Assembly (NCBI RefSeq): GCF_009914755.1
Contig: NC_060940.1
DNA from: the human T2T-CHM13v2.0 reference genome, Homo sapiens
DNA: 64,000 bases
Reading direction: 5' to 3' (one strand)
In this document: piece by piece, positions 11,385-23,640 of the stretch
Layout of the letters: the number at the start of each line of letters is the position of its first letter
How positions within the stretch are numbered: the first letter of the stretch is position 1
The notes under the pieces: generated by a model
What the model saw: the letters and a program-made list of their open reading frames with translations, nothing else
Told to the model about the DNA's origin: nothing
Databases searched by the model: none
Made by a program: the position numbers and the translations under genes

Positions 11385-13879
11385 CTGGAGCCCCTGCTAT
11401 TGTCTGTGGTTGAGGGCTGACGCCACTGTAGAGGCCAGCAGCTGTCTTGCCAGCTGGAGGGGCAAAGGATGGAGCCAACATGGGGGAGAGCAGAACCGGG
11501 AGATGGCAGGTGATATGATTTGACGATGCTCTGCTGCAAGGATCATGCACCACAGTTCAGAAACTTTCTAGACTTCCCCTTGAGCACTCTCTGTGCACCT
11601 ATGTTTTTTCTCCTACAGCCAGCCATCTTTTCTCTTCTCTCCACTTTCTCCAAAAATGCTATTTTCCGGAACTATTCACTGCTTTCTCTCTCTCAGCTTC
11701 TGAGCCCCACTCCACTAAATTGGTCTCCTGGGATTTACCATTCAGGAAATTGTTTGCATGTGGGTAGGGACTTGTAAGGAAAAAAGTAAAAAGGGGTGTC
11801 AGTATGTTGGTATGATGGGATGTGGGGTGGGGAGTGTGGTATGTGCATATTTGTGTTTGTACTTCTTGGCACAAACCATAGGTTCATGATCATTGGTACA
11901 GCCTTATCTACTGGGAACTCACATGGGAACCCAAAAGAAATGACCGAAGGCCTTCTCCCTTCTGTCACCTCTTTCCACCTCTCAGGAACCTCGTATCTCT
12001 CTCATTTCTGCTGTTCTTACATCTCTGTTCTTTCTCTTCCTCTCTGCCTCCTTCCTCTGCTTCAACATGGCCCAAGGTGATCACCCATAGGCAGAAACCA
12101 ACTCCAGCTCAAGTTCTCCACAGAGAATCTGATAGGCTCTGCTCAACTGCCAATAAATGAGCTTTCTTGGGCCAGGCCCTATCCTTTGTCCAATCAGCTT
12201 TGGACTTGGTGTTGAGGGTGGGGCCCTGGGCAGGATGGCCAGTGAAATATCCTGGATGGCTCCTCCCATCACAGATGCCTGCTCCCAGAGCTGCAGGACA
12301 GTGTCTGGGAGGCGGGATGATGACAACGATGACTGAACACTTACTTTAAACCAGGTGTGGATCACACATTGCAGATGTTACGTGTACAGATCTTAAGTGT
12401 ATAGCTCAATACTTGTATTACTTTTAATTCCCATAGCAAACCCACCATATGGACGAGATTATTATTACCCCCAATGTACGGACATGGAAACTGAGGTATG
12501 GCCACTGAAAGCATAACCAGCACTGTATTCTACCCCTGTCACCAAGTCACCTCCAGGGATAGGCATAACCCACTGTGTTCCCAGGCAGCGACAGGGAGAC
12601 AAACCAGGTGATGTTAACTTCCCCAGTGCATAGGGTGCCAGGTGGAAGCCTGCCAGCCTGGCTCTCCCCTTTTGGCCATCCTTATTCTCCCCCTGGCCCC
12701 CTCCTCCTGGCCGCTTGGTACCTTCCTCTCTTTTCCCGGGCAACCCAGCCGCAGATGGAGGCAGCCCCTGGGAGTCACCAAGCGGCTTTATGATGTGCAG
12801 ATGGTGTTTCCGCGGAGCCCCTTGCTTTTCATGTCGGTGGCCTCTGGGAGCTGGGCCAGCCCAGATGTCCCTGATCGTGAGAAAGCCTCCCCTGGCAAGG
12901 CTGGTGCAGGATGCCAGTGACGGGGCCTCTGGCCAGTTCTGGTGTGGGTTGTCTGGTGAGGAGCTTGACTGGATGCTCGTGAGGCGGATGCCTCTGTCAT
13001 TTATGTCCAGCTCTGCGAGTTCAAACGGTGCATCTGTAGAGCCAGGAATATCCCTTCTGAGTCCACAGACAAATGGATAGAGACTTTGCACAGCCAGCTT
13101 TTCAAAAGGACCCTACATTGATCTCTTTTTTCCCCCATACATGTTGTTTTATCTGACTCTCAAGCTATCTATGTGCACAGACTGCCTCTCCCATCAGAGG
13201 AGGTCCCCTCCTGTGATGGGAACAATCTCACCCCCATCAGTGATAAACTGGGCCAGGATCAGGAGGCATGTGTCTCCTCCATTAGACTAAGAGTTTGCAG
13301 TATTAGGGAAAATGGAACTCTGCTCTTTCCTCTCCAAATGGGACTTCCCCAAATCAGGAAAATGTGACCCTGCCATCAGATTGGGAGTTTTCAAGGTTGA
13401 GATCGATGAGTCTGTCTCTTTCATCAGGCTGAAAACCCTCCAGGTATGAGATGGGGGTCTCTTCCGTCTGATCAGGAGCTCCCTGAGAGTGGGGATGATG
13501 GCTGCTTTTCATCTCTCTCCTCCCAGAGTGCTCAGACAAGGCTCAGAGGATGTCGAGAGCTGAAAAGAGTCCTGCTGACCATCCTAGGGGCGGGCAAATT
13601 TCAGCCTGGACTCGGAAGACCTGCCCTTGCCCAAAGCACCTGAGGAGAGTGGGATCAGTGTCAGCCACAGCAGGTTCCAGAGAGACACAGGTGAGGAAGA
13701 CTGTTGTGAGATGTATGGACCCTGGACAGAGTTTGTTTTGTGACCTGCTACATAACCCAACTTCTGGCTCTGGGCTTGGTTCCCAACAAGAGTTCAGTGA
13801 TGACGAGTGAATAAATGAATGAACGAAGACCTGGTTCCTGTCCTTGAGAAACTCAACTCTTCTAAGGAAGAAATGAAGC

Positions 13880-14180
13880 CCACTTCTCTTGGGTGCCTCT
13901 ATGTGTTGGACATAATTTTAGGTTCTCTCACGTACATCACAGAATCTTCAAAACCAGCCTAGAGGAGGTTGAAGTGAGCTGAAATTGTGCCATTGCACTC
14001 AGCCTGGGTGACAAGAGCAAGACTGTTAAAAACAAACAAAAACCAGCCTAGAGAATAAATTTTATTTTTTCAACTTTATAGATAAAGAAACTGGGGCTTA
14101 GAGAGGCAAAGTGACCTGTCCAAAGTCTCATAGCTATTGAATAAGGGAACTGACATTTGAACTGAGGTCCTTCCACTTCC
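13880..14180 (-). mobile_element. MIR (split by short Alu)
   Basis: ttatagataaagaaactggggcttagagagg...gtccaaagtc. Confidence 0.7.
13965..14038 (+). mobile_element. Severely 5'-truncated Alu (~75 bp)
   Basis: Only the end of the right arm plus tail; perfect 15-bp TSD aaaaccagcctagag (13950-13964, 14039-14053). Confidence 0.88.
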
Positions 14181-14518
14181 AGTGTGCGCTCTTCCTGGAA
14201 ACATTATTATCATTTGATTTCAGAGCTACGCAAGACAGATATGGATGAAGTGGCACATGAGCTGGGAGTGGTATGTGAGAAGGAAGCTCAGAAAGGCTTC
14301 ACAGGAGTAACATTGGAGATGTGTTTTGAAGGATCAGTAGGAGTTCACCAGACTGAGAAGATGTGGAGGCATGGTTAGAAAAGGAGGGGCAAATTGTCTA
14401 CCTGGAAGGTTCCCTGTAGGGGTTGGTGGGCAGGCTGCCCCCTCCCACATGTGCTCTGTGGCACTGCCTCTCTGTGGAGCTGGACTTCCTCTCCCTTTTT
14501 GGGAGGACAACAGATGGA

Positions 14519-14582
14519 AGCCTCATCTTATGCTGGCACAGCCTCATCTCATGCTGGCACAGCCTCATCTCATGCTGGCACA
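14519..14582. repeat. 21-bp tandem repeat x3 (agcctcatctyatgctggcac)
   Basis: Direct read; one mismatch among the three copies. Confidence 0.97.
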
Positions 14583-15262
14583 TTGCTGCCAAGAGGCCAG
14601 GAAATCTCTGTTGTGGGCCTCCTACCCTGGTGGCAGAGCCAACTGTGCTTCTGGAAGGAAAGAAAGGTGGGTTGGGATCAGCTGTGATGAGAAGTTTCCC
14701 CTTTGAGTCCTCTGAAGAAGATAGCATAGAGGAGGAGCCGAGACCCTGGTCTTGGATCTGGCCAGAGAAAGATGGGGTTGGGCAAGTTGTCTCCAAGGGC
14801 TGTGACCAGAGGCCCTCTCTCTCTGGCTTAGAAAGCAGCTGGAGACTTATTATATCCCCTGGGGGTGTGAACGTCCTTTAGAAATCTTTTCTGGGCCTGG
14901 TGTTTGAGGACAGGCAGGTATTATATTTTTCTGGGGTGGGAGGGCAGAACAGATTTTCTACAGATTCTTGGTTTTTGATCGATGGTTAGACTTTGTGAAT
15001 TCATTATTTTGCTGAAACTGAGTAGAATGAAGTCCAGCTCTTATTGAGCTCATCAGGGTCCGATTAGAATCACAGGTTCAAGGAGGTCAGAAGGAACGAG
15101 CAGAGGCCCTCAAGGCCTGTGGCTTTTAAATTGTATGTATGTTTTAATAAGCAGATACTTAAAAAAAGCCTGGAGATCTTATTCTGAAGCTCAGTGTGTG
15201 TAGCAGATACAAGCAGAGCAGCTGTTTGCAGTGAAGTGGGGAACTTAAAGACCACCTACTCA

Positions 15263-15772
<510 letters not shown>

Positions 15773-16369
15773 ACTCAGCTTCTTTTGACTCCACCTCTGT
15801 CCCTTTGGGGGTGTTCATGGAGCCCCAGTTCTTCCCAGCATGCCAGTATCTCTGGCCACCTCTTACCCTTGAATTCTACTGGGGCTGAGTCCCTGAGAGG
15901 GGAATGATTTACTTGCGGTTGCATCAGCAAGTGGTTATGTGGGATGGTATCCCCCAAATCCCTGCACTGAACTCAGTGTGGGAGGGACTGTCCAGCTGCA
16001 GCACTGGCTCTGACGCCACCTCCTCCAGGCTTCCCGCTCAGGCCCGGGGTGCACTCAGGATCCAAGGCTTTGGGCTCCAGGCTTTGCCACCCAACAGGAT
16101 AAGGGAAACTCCACCCATAGGTTAAGTCCTGTCCCTTCTGCAGGAAGGCAAGCTGAGGCCCAGAGACTGCCAGGTTCCAGGTTATGTTAACTCTGACCCA
16201 TTAACGCAGAACTGGGCCAGAGCTGCCCAGGGGTCTGTGGCTCCAGGATCTTTGCTGGTCCAAGACTCAGTTGTCTGAGGGAGACCCTCCCCTGGAACCT
16301 GGCAAACAGCCATCTGCCCAGGCCTTGCCCAGCTGGGGGCTGTGAGAAGCAGGTTCTGATACCGAAGCT

Positions 16370-17480
16370 GCCAGGGCATTACTAATGGGCTGTCGGCTGT
16401 AATCAGGGCAGCAGCCTTTCATCTCCTGCCATCCCCTCCTGCTCAGGGCAGCCTCGCACCAGCTTCCTCTCCTGGCTCTGTCTGTCTGGGTCTGGGGCCG
16501 CTCCCGAGCTGGGACCCAGGCAGGGGCTGGAGGGAGGAGGCCTCGCTGGAAACCGCTGCCGAGGCCTGGGCTCTGTGTCCAATTGTGGAGTTTCCGGGGG
16601 CCCGCAGGCCATCCCAGGGCCCCCGCCAGGTGAGGCTGGGCCCCTCTCTGAGCCTCGGCCTGGAAAGCTCCATCCACTCCAGTCAGGCCCGCCTGAGATT
16701 ACCTAGGTGTTCTGGTGACTTCTGAGGGCCTCGCATGAAAGATAACGCCCAAATCAACAAATCTGCCATTGTGGCTTTGAAGAGACTGTTTCAATCACTT
16801 TATTTTGTCTTTATGTCAGGTTTGCCAGATGGCTTGGGTCTTTCTGAGGTCCTGTACCGAGGGGGCACAGAGAGAACTGGTGCAGCTTCAAAGCTCCTTT
16901 TTAATCTTTAGCAACATCACAGCGGCTGGGAAACTGCCTCGGCTCCCTCAAGTCTCTCCCACAAAAGAGGCGCGGCCGAGGCTCTAATGAAAGCCAGATA
17001 AAGGGATGGCTGGAATCAGAAACAGAGGGAAAAGAGCAGTCGTTAGTCTTTCTTGTAGCTGTTTCAAAAGAAATTCTAAGACAAATTATGGCTTTGGGTG
17101 TTTTTCTAAAAGGACTGCAGCAGGGAGAGGAGGTGGGGGAGGTGCTTTGACCCCTCAGCACCCTTCCCCTTGCATGAAAGGCAGAGGAGACTGAAAAAAG
17201 GCTGAAATACAACAATAAACTTTCTGCTTGTGCGCGTGGGGATGAAAGGCGCGCTGGCATAATTATGGGCGAGGGTGCGCGGGGGCGGGCGGGCGGCTTT
17301 ACCTTGCCGCCAGCGCTATTAATGATGAGGCTCCCTCTTTTTCTTCTCTAGAAGGGGTGCCTTTGGTTTTCGGGAATGGGGTGGGGCACCGTGCGCCGAG
17401 GCTGACATTTGGCGCAGGTGGTGGGGATGCGATGCATTGCTCAGTGCAGAGGTGCTTGGGAGCCACAGCGCCCTCGTGGC
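16370..17480. promoter_or_regulatory. Putative developmental enhancer / small CpG-rich element
   Basis: Repeat-free, locally CpG-rich (17230-17480), clustered TCF/LEF-type, SOX, GATA and homeodomain motifs; function inferred only. Confidence 0.5.
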
Positions 17481-18018
17481 TGCCAAGGCCCTGTCATCGT
17501 GAGAAGGAGGCAGATGTACTGGTGGGTCATCCTGCCTCCCTTTCGCCCTCCTTTAAGGTCTCAAGGTCTGTCTCTTGGGCCCTGGGGAGGGTTGGGGGGG
17601 CGGGGGCGTTCTGACCCCTAATTCTAGCTCCACATGGGTCAGTCCTATTCTGGGAGAGTTAGAGGGGTTCCCACCTGTCCTCTTCCATTGCACACGCTGT
17701 CTTAAATCCACACTGTCAGCCCAAATGTCAGGCCCTACCAGTGCTGCTGAGATCTCATGGTGTGCCGGGCTATCCTTACCTCCTATCTCACCTTGGGCCA
17801 TCTTAGTTTCCATGGATGTTGGTCAGCTACTTGGCAAGATCTTGTGGGCATGGGACAGCTAAGGTTTGATAGGCAGGCAGGGAAGAGGTGGGGAAGCTGG
17901 ACAGCATTCAGGGGCTTCACGGGAGGGACAGGGTGGATAGCGTGGGAGTCCCTGAGTAGCACCCCTGGGAAGGCACCTCTGATTCTGAAGGTGATGGCCC
18001 ACAGAGTCACGAGGCCGC

Positions 18019-18380
18019 TGTATTAGTCCATTTTCATGCTGCTGATAAAGACATACCCGAGGCTAGGTAATTTTTAAAGAAAAAGAGGCTTAATGGACTC
18101 ACAGTTCCACGTGGCTGGGGAGGCCTCACAATCACGGTGGAAGGTGAAAGGCATGTCTTGCATGGCAGCAGACGAGAGAGAATGAGAGCCAAGTGAAAGG
18201 GGAGACCCCTTATAAAACCATCAGATCTCATGAGACTTATTCACTACCATGAGAACAGTGTGGGGGAAACTGCCCCCATGATTCAATTATCTCTCATGGG
18301 GTCCCTCCCACAACACATGTGAATTATGGGAGCTACAATTCAAGGTAAGATTTGGGTGGGGACACAGCCAAACCCTATGA
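18019..18380 (-). mobile_element. THE1B-type MaLR solo LTR
   Basis: Complete reverse complement of THE1 LTR (tgtattagtcc...gacacagccaaacc); 5-bp TSD gccgc/gccac. Confidence 0.93.
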
Positions 18381-18623
18381 GCCACAGAATGCCAGCCCTG
18401 GAAGGGCCCCTTGCTGTACAGATGGCAGATGAGGTCTCAGGAGGGAAGGATTTAACCAAGGTCACAGGGCTGGTTTAGGGACACAGTAAGATCTCAAGCC
18501 CATGTCCACTAAAGCAAGCAGATATTCTGAGAGAAGGCGGGTCCCATGTGATGTGGGTCAGAAGAGCGTTGAGCTCCTGCGGGGAGGGATGGACAGGGTC
18601 AGGCGTGCTCCCCCATGTTTTGG

Positions 18624-18671
18624 GGACCTCTCACTGTCCCCAGGACCTTTCACTGTCCCCCGGACCTCTCA
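18624..18671. repeat. 19-bp tandem repeat x2.5 (ggacctytcactgtcccca)
   Basis: ggacc recurs at 18624, 18643 and 18662. Confidence 0.9.
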
Positions 18672-18805
18672 TTTCTACTTTGCAGGGCTCAGTGGCTGCA
18701 GGCTTTGGCCTTTGGAGCTTTGGCCAAGAGATCAGGGGGATTCTGGGGCTTTCTGAGCATCAGGACCATCATTTGGGGTGAGGTCAAGTGGAAGGCATTA
18801 TGGAT

Positions 18806-18868
18806 CCTTCCTTCCTTTTCTTTTTTACTTCTTTTATTCTTCTTTCTCTCTCTTTTCTTTTTTTCTTT

Positions 18869-18928
<60 letters not shown>

Positions 18929-19075
18929 TCCTTCTTTCTTTCTTTCCTTCCTTCCTTCCCTCCTTCCTTCTTAATCTCTCTCTCGCTCTCTTTTCTTTAT
19001 TTTCCCTCCCTCCCTCCCTCCCTTCCTTCTTTTCTTCCTTCCTTCCTTCCTTCCTTCCTTTCTTCCTTCCTTTTC
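18806..19075. repeat. Polypyrimidine tract with (TTTC)n/(TTCC)n/(TCCC)n
   Basis: Direct read. Confidence 0.97.
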
Positions 19076-19819
19076 ATATTAATAATAATGATAGTAATAA
19101 TATGGGCCTAACCCTGACCCCCATACCCTGCCCCATGGGCATCTGTCCTCCCTCACTTTGCCCCGGAGCCTCTTTCCCTGCTTAGGAGACTTGAGGAGAA
19201 TAGAAACTAAAGAAATGTATGCCCAAATTGCTGCCCAACTTTTATTTGCTGGTTCTAAAAGGGTCCTCCTTGTCCCCCTCTTACCCCCAGCCCCAGAGAG
19301 GAGAGAGTTACATATGCTGATGGCGAGTGCTGTGGGAGGGCACATGAGGAGGGGGCCCCGTCTGTGTGTCTTCACGCTTTCTGCCTTTGCTCTCTTCCTG
19401 TGTGTCTCTGATGTTCTCTGTCTGTCTGTCTCTCCCCTCCTGCCCCTCCCCAGTGGTGTGCTGGCCTGGGGCTCTGGTTTCTATTCCTGGCACTGGGGCC
19501 TCTGTGGCCCCCATGCTCTGACGCTCTATGCCACTGCTGCACCTGTGACTGAGCCAGGAGCTTTGGCGGAGGGTTGCCAGGTGAAGACCCCCAGGGTGGC
19601 TCACTGGAGGGGAGGGGGTGGTGAGGTAACGAGGGCTGGGCTGTCATATCGATCCTCCTTCCTTGGGGCAAATGGCAGAGCCTGGCAGAAGCTGCTTGCC
19701 AGGCCTCTGGGCTGCTTTTATGAAGGAGAATTTGGGAAGATCAGTGGCTGTAACAAAGTGCGGAACAGGCTTCTCCTGCTCCTCTGCATGTCCAGATTAT
19801 ACCAGACACCACCAGGCAG

Positions 19820-20085
19820 ACAGTATTGGGCAGCGGGGAGGGCACAGGCTGTGGGACTGGACACCTAGGGTTTGAATCCCACCTCCTCAACTTTGTAACC
19901 AGGAGGAGACTCTGGGCAAGTGTCTTCCCTGTTTGTACCTCACTTTTCTCATCTGTAAAATGGGACTAATAATTGTATTTACCTCGGGGGATTGTCATGA
20001 GGAATAAATGAGTTAATACATGTAAAGTACTTAGAATCGTGCCTGTTATACTGTTGCTCAACAGATGTGAGTAATAAGAATAACT
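19820..20085 (+). mobile_element. MIR, near full length
   Basis: gggtttgaatccc...ctcatctgtaaaatggg...gagttaatacatgtaaagtacttagaa. Confidence 0.88.
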
Positions 20086-20199
20086 GCTGTTATTTCAATA
20101 TGTATCTTTTCAGGCATCATTATCAGCAACAGCTAAGTTGATAATCCACTGTATGGATCAGAGCTCATGCTTGGGTGTTGGGAGGGTACTGGGGTAAAT

Positions 20200-20390
20200 C
20201 TCTTCCTTGCTTTCCTTCATTCATTCATTTTTGTTTTTCTTTCTTTCTTTCTTTTCTTTTCTTTCTTCTTTCTTTCTTTCCCCTTTTCTCTCTTTCTTTC
20301 TCTCTCTCTCTCTCTCCCCTTCCTTTCCCTTCCCTTCCCTTCTTTCCCCTCCCCTCCCCTCCCCTTCCTTCTCCTTTTTTTCTTGTCTTC
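20200..20390. repeat. Polypyrimidine low-complexity tract
   Basis: Direct read. Confidence 0.95.
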
Positions 20391-20399
20391 TGGCAACAG

Positions 20400-20758
20400 A
20401 CCCTTCTTTCCCAGGGGTGCCCAGTCCGTGTAGTTCTGAGGGTGGGGCTGAGCCTGCCATGCATGTGCTGCACAGATCTGACCAGTCAGAGAACTGTATT
20501 CCTTGGGCCACAGTGATTGGCTCAGGGACAATCATGTGACACAAGGCAGCCAGAGTTCTCCCCAGAATTTTGCTGCCCTAGTGTTAGCGAAGACAGCTTT
20601 CCATCCTCTGAGATCCCCAGTTCTAAGGGTGTTGTAAGCTGGAGTCACTAGAAGCCCACCTTCTCCAGCTACATGAAGGAAGCTATCAACAGTAGAAGAA
20701 AATGAGGCCATTATGTCAAAAAAGGCAGAAATAAGACATGGAGTGGGGGTGGTGGGGG

Positions 20759-20792
<34 letters not shown>

Positions 20793-20930
20793 TGTGATAC
20801 CTTAATTACCTACCTTAAGTGTAGCCATGCCTACAACTCTCGTGCTGTATGTGCTTCTGACTGAGTCAATTACCTTTGCTTTTATAAAGATCCGAGTTTG
20901 GTTTCTTGCAATCAAAAGAGTCCTGATCAA
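20400..20930 (+). mobile_element. Old MaLR LTR (MLT1J-like) with (GA)n at 20761-20790
   Basis: gtgattggctcagg...catgtgac; 3' end gagtttggtttcttgcaatcaaaagagtcctga. Confidence 0.6.
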
Positions 20931-21149
20931 TATGGAAGCTGACTTGGTTACCAAGGGTGCCTGCTGTTGTGTTGACATCACCCTCACTCATAGGGGCTCA
21001 GTCTCTTTCATAGATGAACTGCACCATGAGAAAAGGGCTGAGGACCAGGTGGTGAAGGGGCAGGAGTATTTGCCTTGGAGGATTGGAGCTGGTGTGCATT
21101 CAGCAGAAATGAGCCTTCCTTGGAGTAGTAGCCATCCAGCTGGGCTTGA

Positions 21150-21510
21150 TTTCAGGGACTTGGAGAAGTGGAGGTGGGAGTTGGTGAGCATTCCAGAAGA
21201 AGGGCACAGCATGAGGGAAAGGCTTTAGAGTAGAGGAAATGTAAGGTGTATTGAAAGAACAGCAGCTAGTCTTGATTGGCTGAATTGTCAGGCAAATGAG
21301 TGATGGAAAGCTGAAGGTGATGAGGCTGGAGAATTATGCTGGAGTCAGAGCATGGACTACAGGAGAGTCAGAGCATGGAGGTTTTGAGTTTCAGGTCTAG
21401 GATCTTGGATTTTGTGGCCTAGACAATAGGGAACCATGCAAGTGTTTTGTTTTGTTTTTTTTTGGTGGAAGTTGAAAGATTCAGAGCTGTGTAGTAGATT
21501 GTTAAAATGG
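21150..21510 (-). mobile_element. L2 fragment
   Basis: gagcattccagaagaagggcacagcatgaggg...gatgaggctggaga...caatagggaacca antisense L2 pattern. Confidence 0.65.
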
Positions 21511-21517
21511 GGAGGTG

Positions 21518-21822
21518 AGGCTGGGCCTATAGTCCCAACACTTTTGAAGGCCGAGGCGGGAGGATTGCTTGAGGCCAGAAGTTTGAAACCAGCCTGAGTA
21601 ACATAGCCAGACCCTGTCTCTAGAAAAGAAAAATAAAAAAATTAGTTAGACTACAGTTTTATCTGTAGTCTGGCACTACAGATAAAAAATTAGTATCTGT
21701 AGTCCCAGATACACAGCAGGCTGAGGTGGGAGGATTGCTTGAGCCCAGGACTCCAATGCTACAGTAAGCCGTGATCGTGCCATTGCACTCCAGCCTGGGC
21801 TACAGAGTGAGATCTTGTCTCT
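21518..21822 (+). mobile_element. AluJ with rearranged linker / right-arm start
   Basis: Left and right arms recognisable; 21641-21704 replaced by fold-back repeats. Confidence 0.9.
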
Positions 21823-22420
21823 AAAGGGACACTTCCGGCAGGAAGTGAATCTGGACCTTCTAGGGCCCAAAGTGGCAGAATGAAGTCACACAGGCAAAAA
21901 CAGAGTCAGAGATAGAGAAGTGAGACCAAGTCCTGAGGCCATGATTGGAGCCCCTGAATCAGACACACCCTAGCCATTTCAGGTACCTGGGACTATGAAA
22001 TTGAATTGAGTTTTCTATAACCTGCACACAAGAGTCCTGAGCGTATGCAGCTGCAGCAGCAAGTAAGCAACTGACTAGCTCTGTGTGGGCCTGCGTGCTC
22101 TCAGAGGAAAGGGAGGAGCAAAAAAGGAAGCAGTGGGCAGGTCCTGAGTACCTGAGAGGTTGGTGATACAGCTAGCAGGGACTGGGCTTATGGGAGAAGA
22201 AGCCATTTTTGTGGGGAAGTGCAGAATCTGAAATATCGGCATGAACCAAAGGTGGCTGGCCATTTCTCCACCGTCAGGAGAAAGAAGTGCATTCCAAGAC
22301 ATTTTGTTGAGGACTCGGCCAACTAGCAGAACCCATCCTGGGCCAGAGTTGGCTTCACTCAGTGGAGCCTAGGCATAGAGCAGGACCAGACACTGGCTCT
22401 GAGGCCCATGGTTTACCGAC

Positions 22421-22962
22421 TGTATTAGTCAGGGTTCCCTAGAAGGACAGAACTAATAGGATAGATGTATATATGAAAGGGAGTTTATTAAGGAGTATTG
22501 ACTCACACGATCACAAGGTGAAGTCCCACAGTAGGCTATCTGCAAGCTGAGGAGCAAGGAAGCCAGTCCAAGTCCCAAAACCTCAAAAATAGGGAAGCCG
22601 ACAGGGCAGCCTTCAGTCTGTGGCTGAAGGCCCTAGAGCCCCTGGCGAACCACTGGTGTAAATCCAAGAGTCCAAAAGCTGAAGAACTTGGAGTCCAATG
22701 TTTGAGGGCAGGAAGCACCCAGCACGGGAGAAAGATGGCCGGAAGACTCAGCCAGTCTAGCATTTCCACATTCTTCTGCTTGATTTTATTCTAGCCACAC
22801 TGGCAGCTGATTAGACCCACCCAGATTGAGGGTGGGTCTGCCTCTCCCAATCCACTGACTCAAATGTTAATCTCCTTTGGCAACACCCTCACAGACACAC
22901 CCAGGAACAAAACTTTTCATCCTTCAATCTGATCGAGTTGACACTCAATATTAACCATCAGG
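22421..22962 (-). mobile_element. MLT2A2-type ERVL solo LTR
   Basis: tgtattagtcagggttc...tcaatattaaccatca; perfect 5-bp TSD ccgac (22416-22420, 22963-22967). Confidence 0.92.
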
Positions 22963-23239
22963 CCGACTATTCATCAATCAGCATTGTGGCAATGTTCAGC
23001 AATGTTTTTCTTTCTGCTTTGCGCAGAGTTCTCTGGGAAGTTAAAGGAACTAGAAACTTTCTTCCTCATAACCGACTGGTAAGGTGAGTTGAGGATTGAG
23101 CAGGCTGAGGAGCAGAGTTTACACCCTGCCTCTGCTATACTCTGTCTTCGTGCTCTTGGGCAAATTACTTAGTTGCTTGAAAGATGAATCAGAGATTACC
23201 AGGTGGAGGTGATTCAGGGAGCATTCAGGCAGGAGGACT

Positions 23240-23495
23240 GGCCAGTGGCTAAGGGAAGAGAAGCCCCAGGGGGTGGTGGGTGAGTCATGGGCTCTGATGT
23301 CAGTTGGATCTGGGTTCTCATACTGGTTCAAGTGCATGCCCTTAAAACAAGTCCTTCAGCCTCTCTCTCTCAGCTTGCTCACCTAAAAAGTGGACCCAAT
23401 GATCTCTATCTTGTAAGGTTGATATGAAGATTACTGGAGTAACTTTCCTATAAAGTGCCTGGCACATAATTGATGTTGCATAAATGATTGATTTG
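23240..23495 (+). mobile_element. MIR
   Basis: ggatctgggttc...tgcccttaaaacaagtc...aaagtgcctggcacata. Confidence 0.7.
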
Positions 23496-23616
23496 GGCCA
23501 GGCATGGTGGCTCATGCCTGTGATCCCAGCACTTTGGGATATCACTTAAGGCCAGAAGTTCGAGACCAGACTTGGGAACTTAGTGAGACCCCCCATCTCA
23601 ATTAAAAATATTTTAA
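23496..23616 (+). mobile_element. FLAM/Alu left monomer with small internal deletion
   Basis: Single arm; TSD aatgattg(a/t)tttg. Confidence 0.85.
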
Positions 23617-23640
23617 AGAATGATTGTTTTGCCATTATAA

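Noticed and set aside
12465-13091. 208-aa minus-strand ORF
   Set aside because: Non-ATG start, no homology I recognise, C-terminus lies in MIR-like sequence, and several frames are open at once, as is typical of GC-rich non-coding DNA
14519-14582. CRISPR-like array (also considered 5058-5155 and 50672-50760)
   Set aside because: Primate DNA, no cas genes, no regular repeat-unique-spacer structure
19158-19868. Longest ORF in the track (236 aa)
   Set aside because: Non-ATG start, no recognisable domain, runs into a MIR; expected by chance in GC-rich DNA
18615-20544. Phe/Leu/Ser-rich membrane-protein-like and Lys/Arg/Glu-rich ORFs
   Set aside because: Translations of (TTTC)n/(TTCC)n simple repeats
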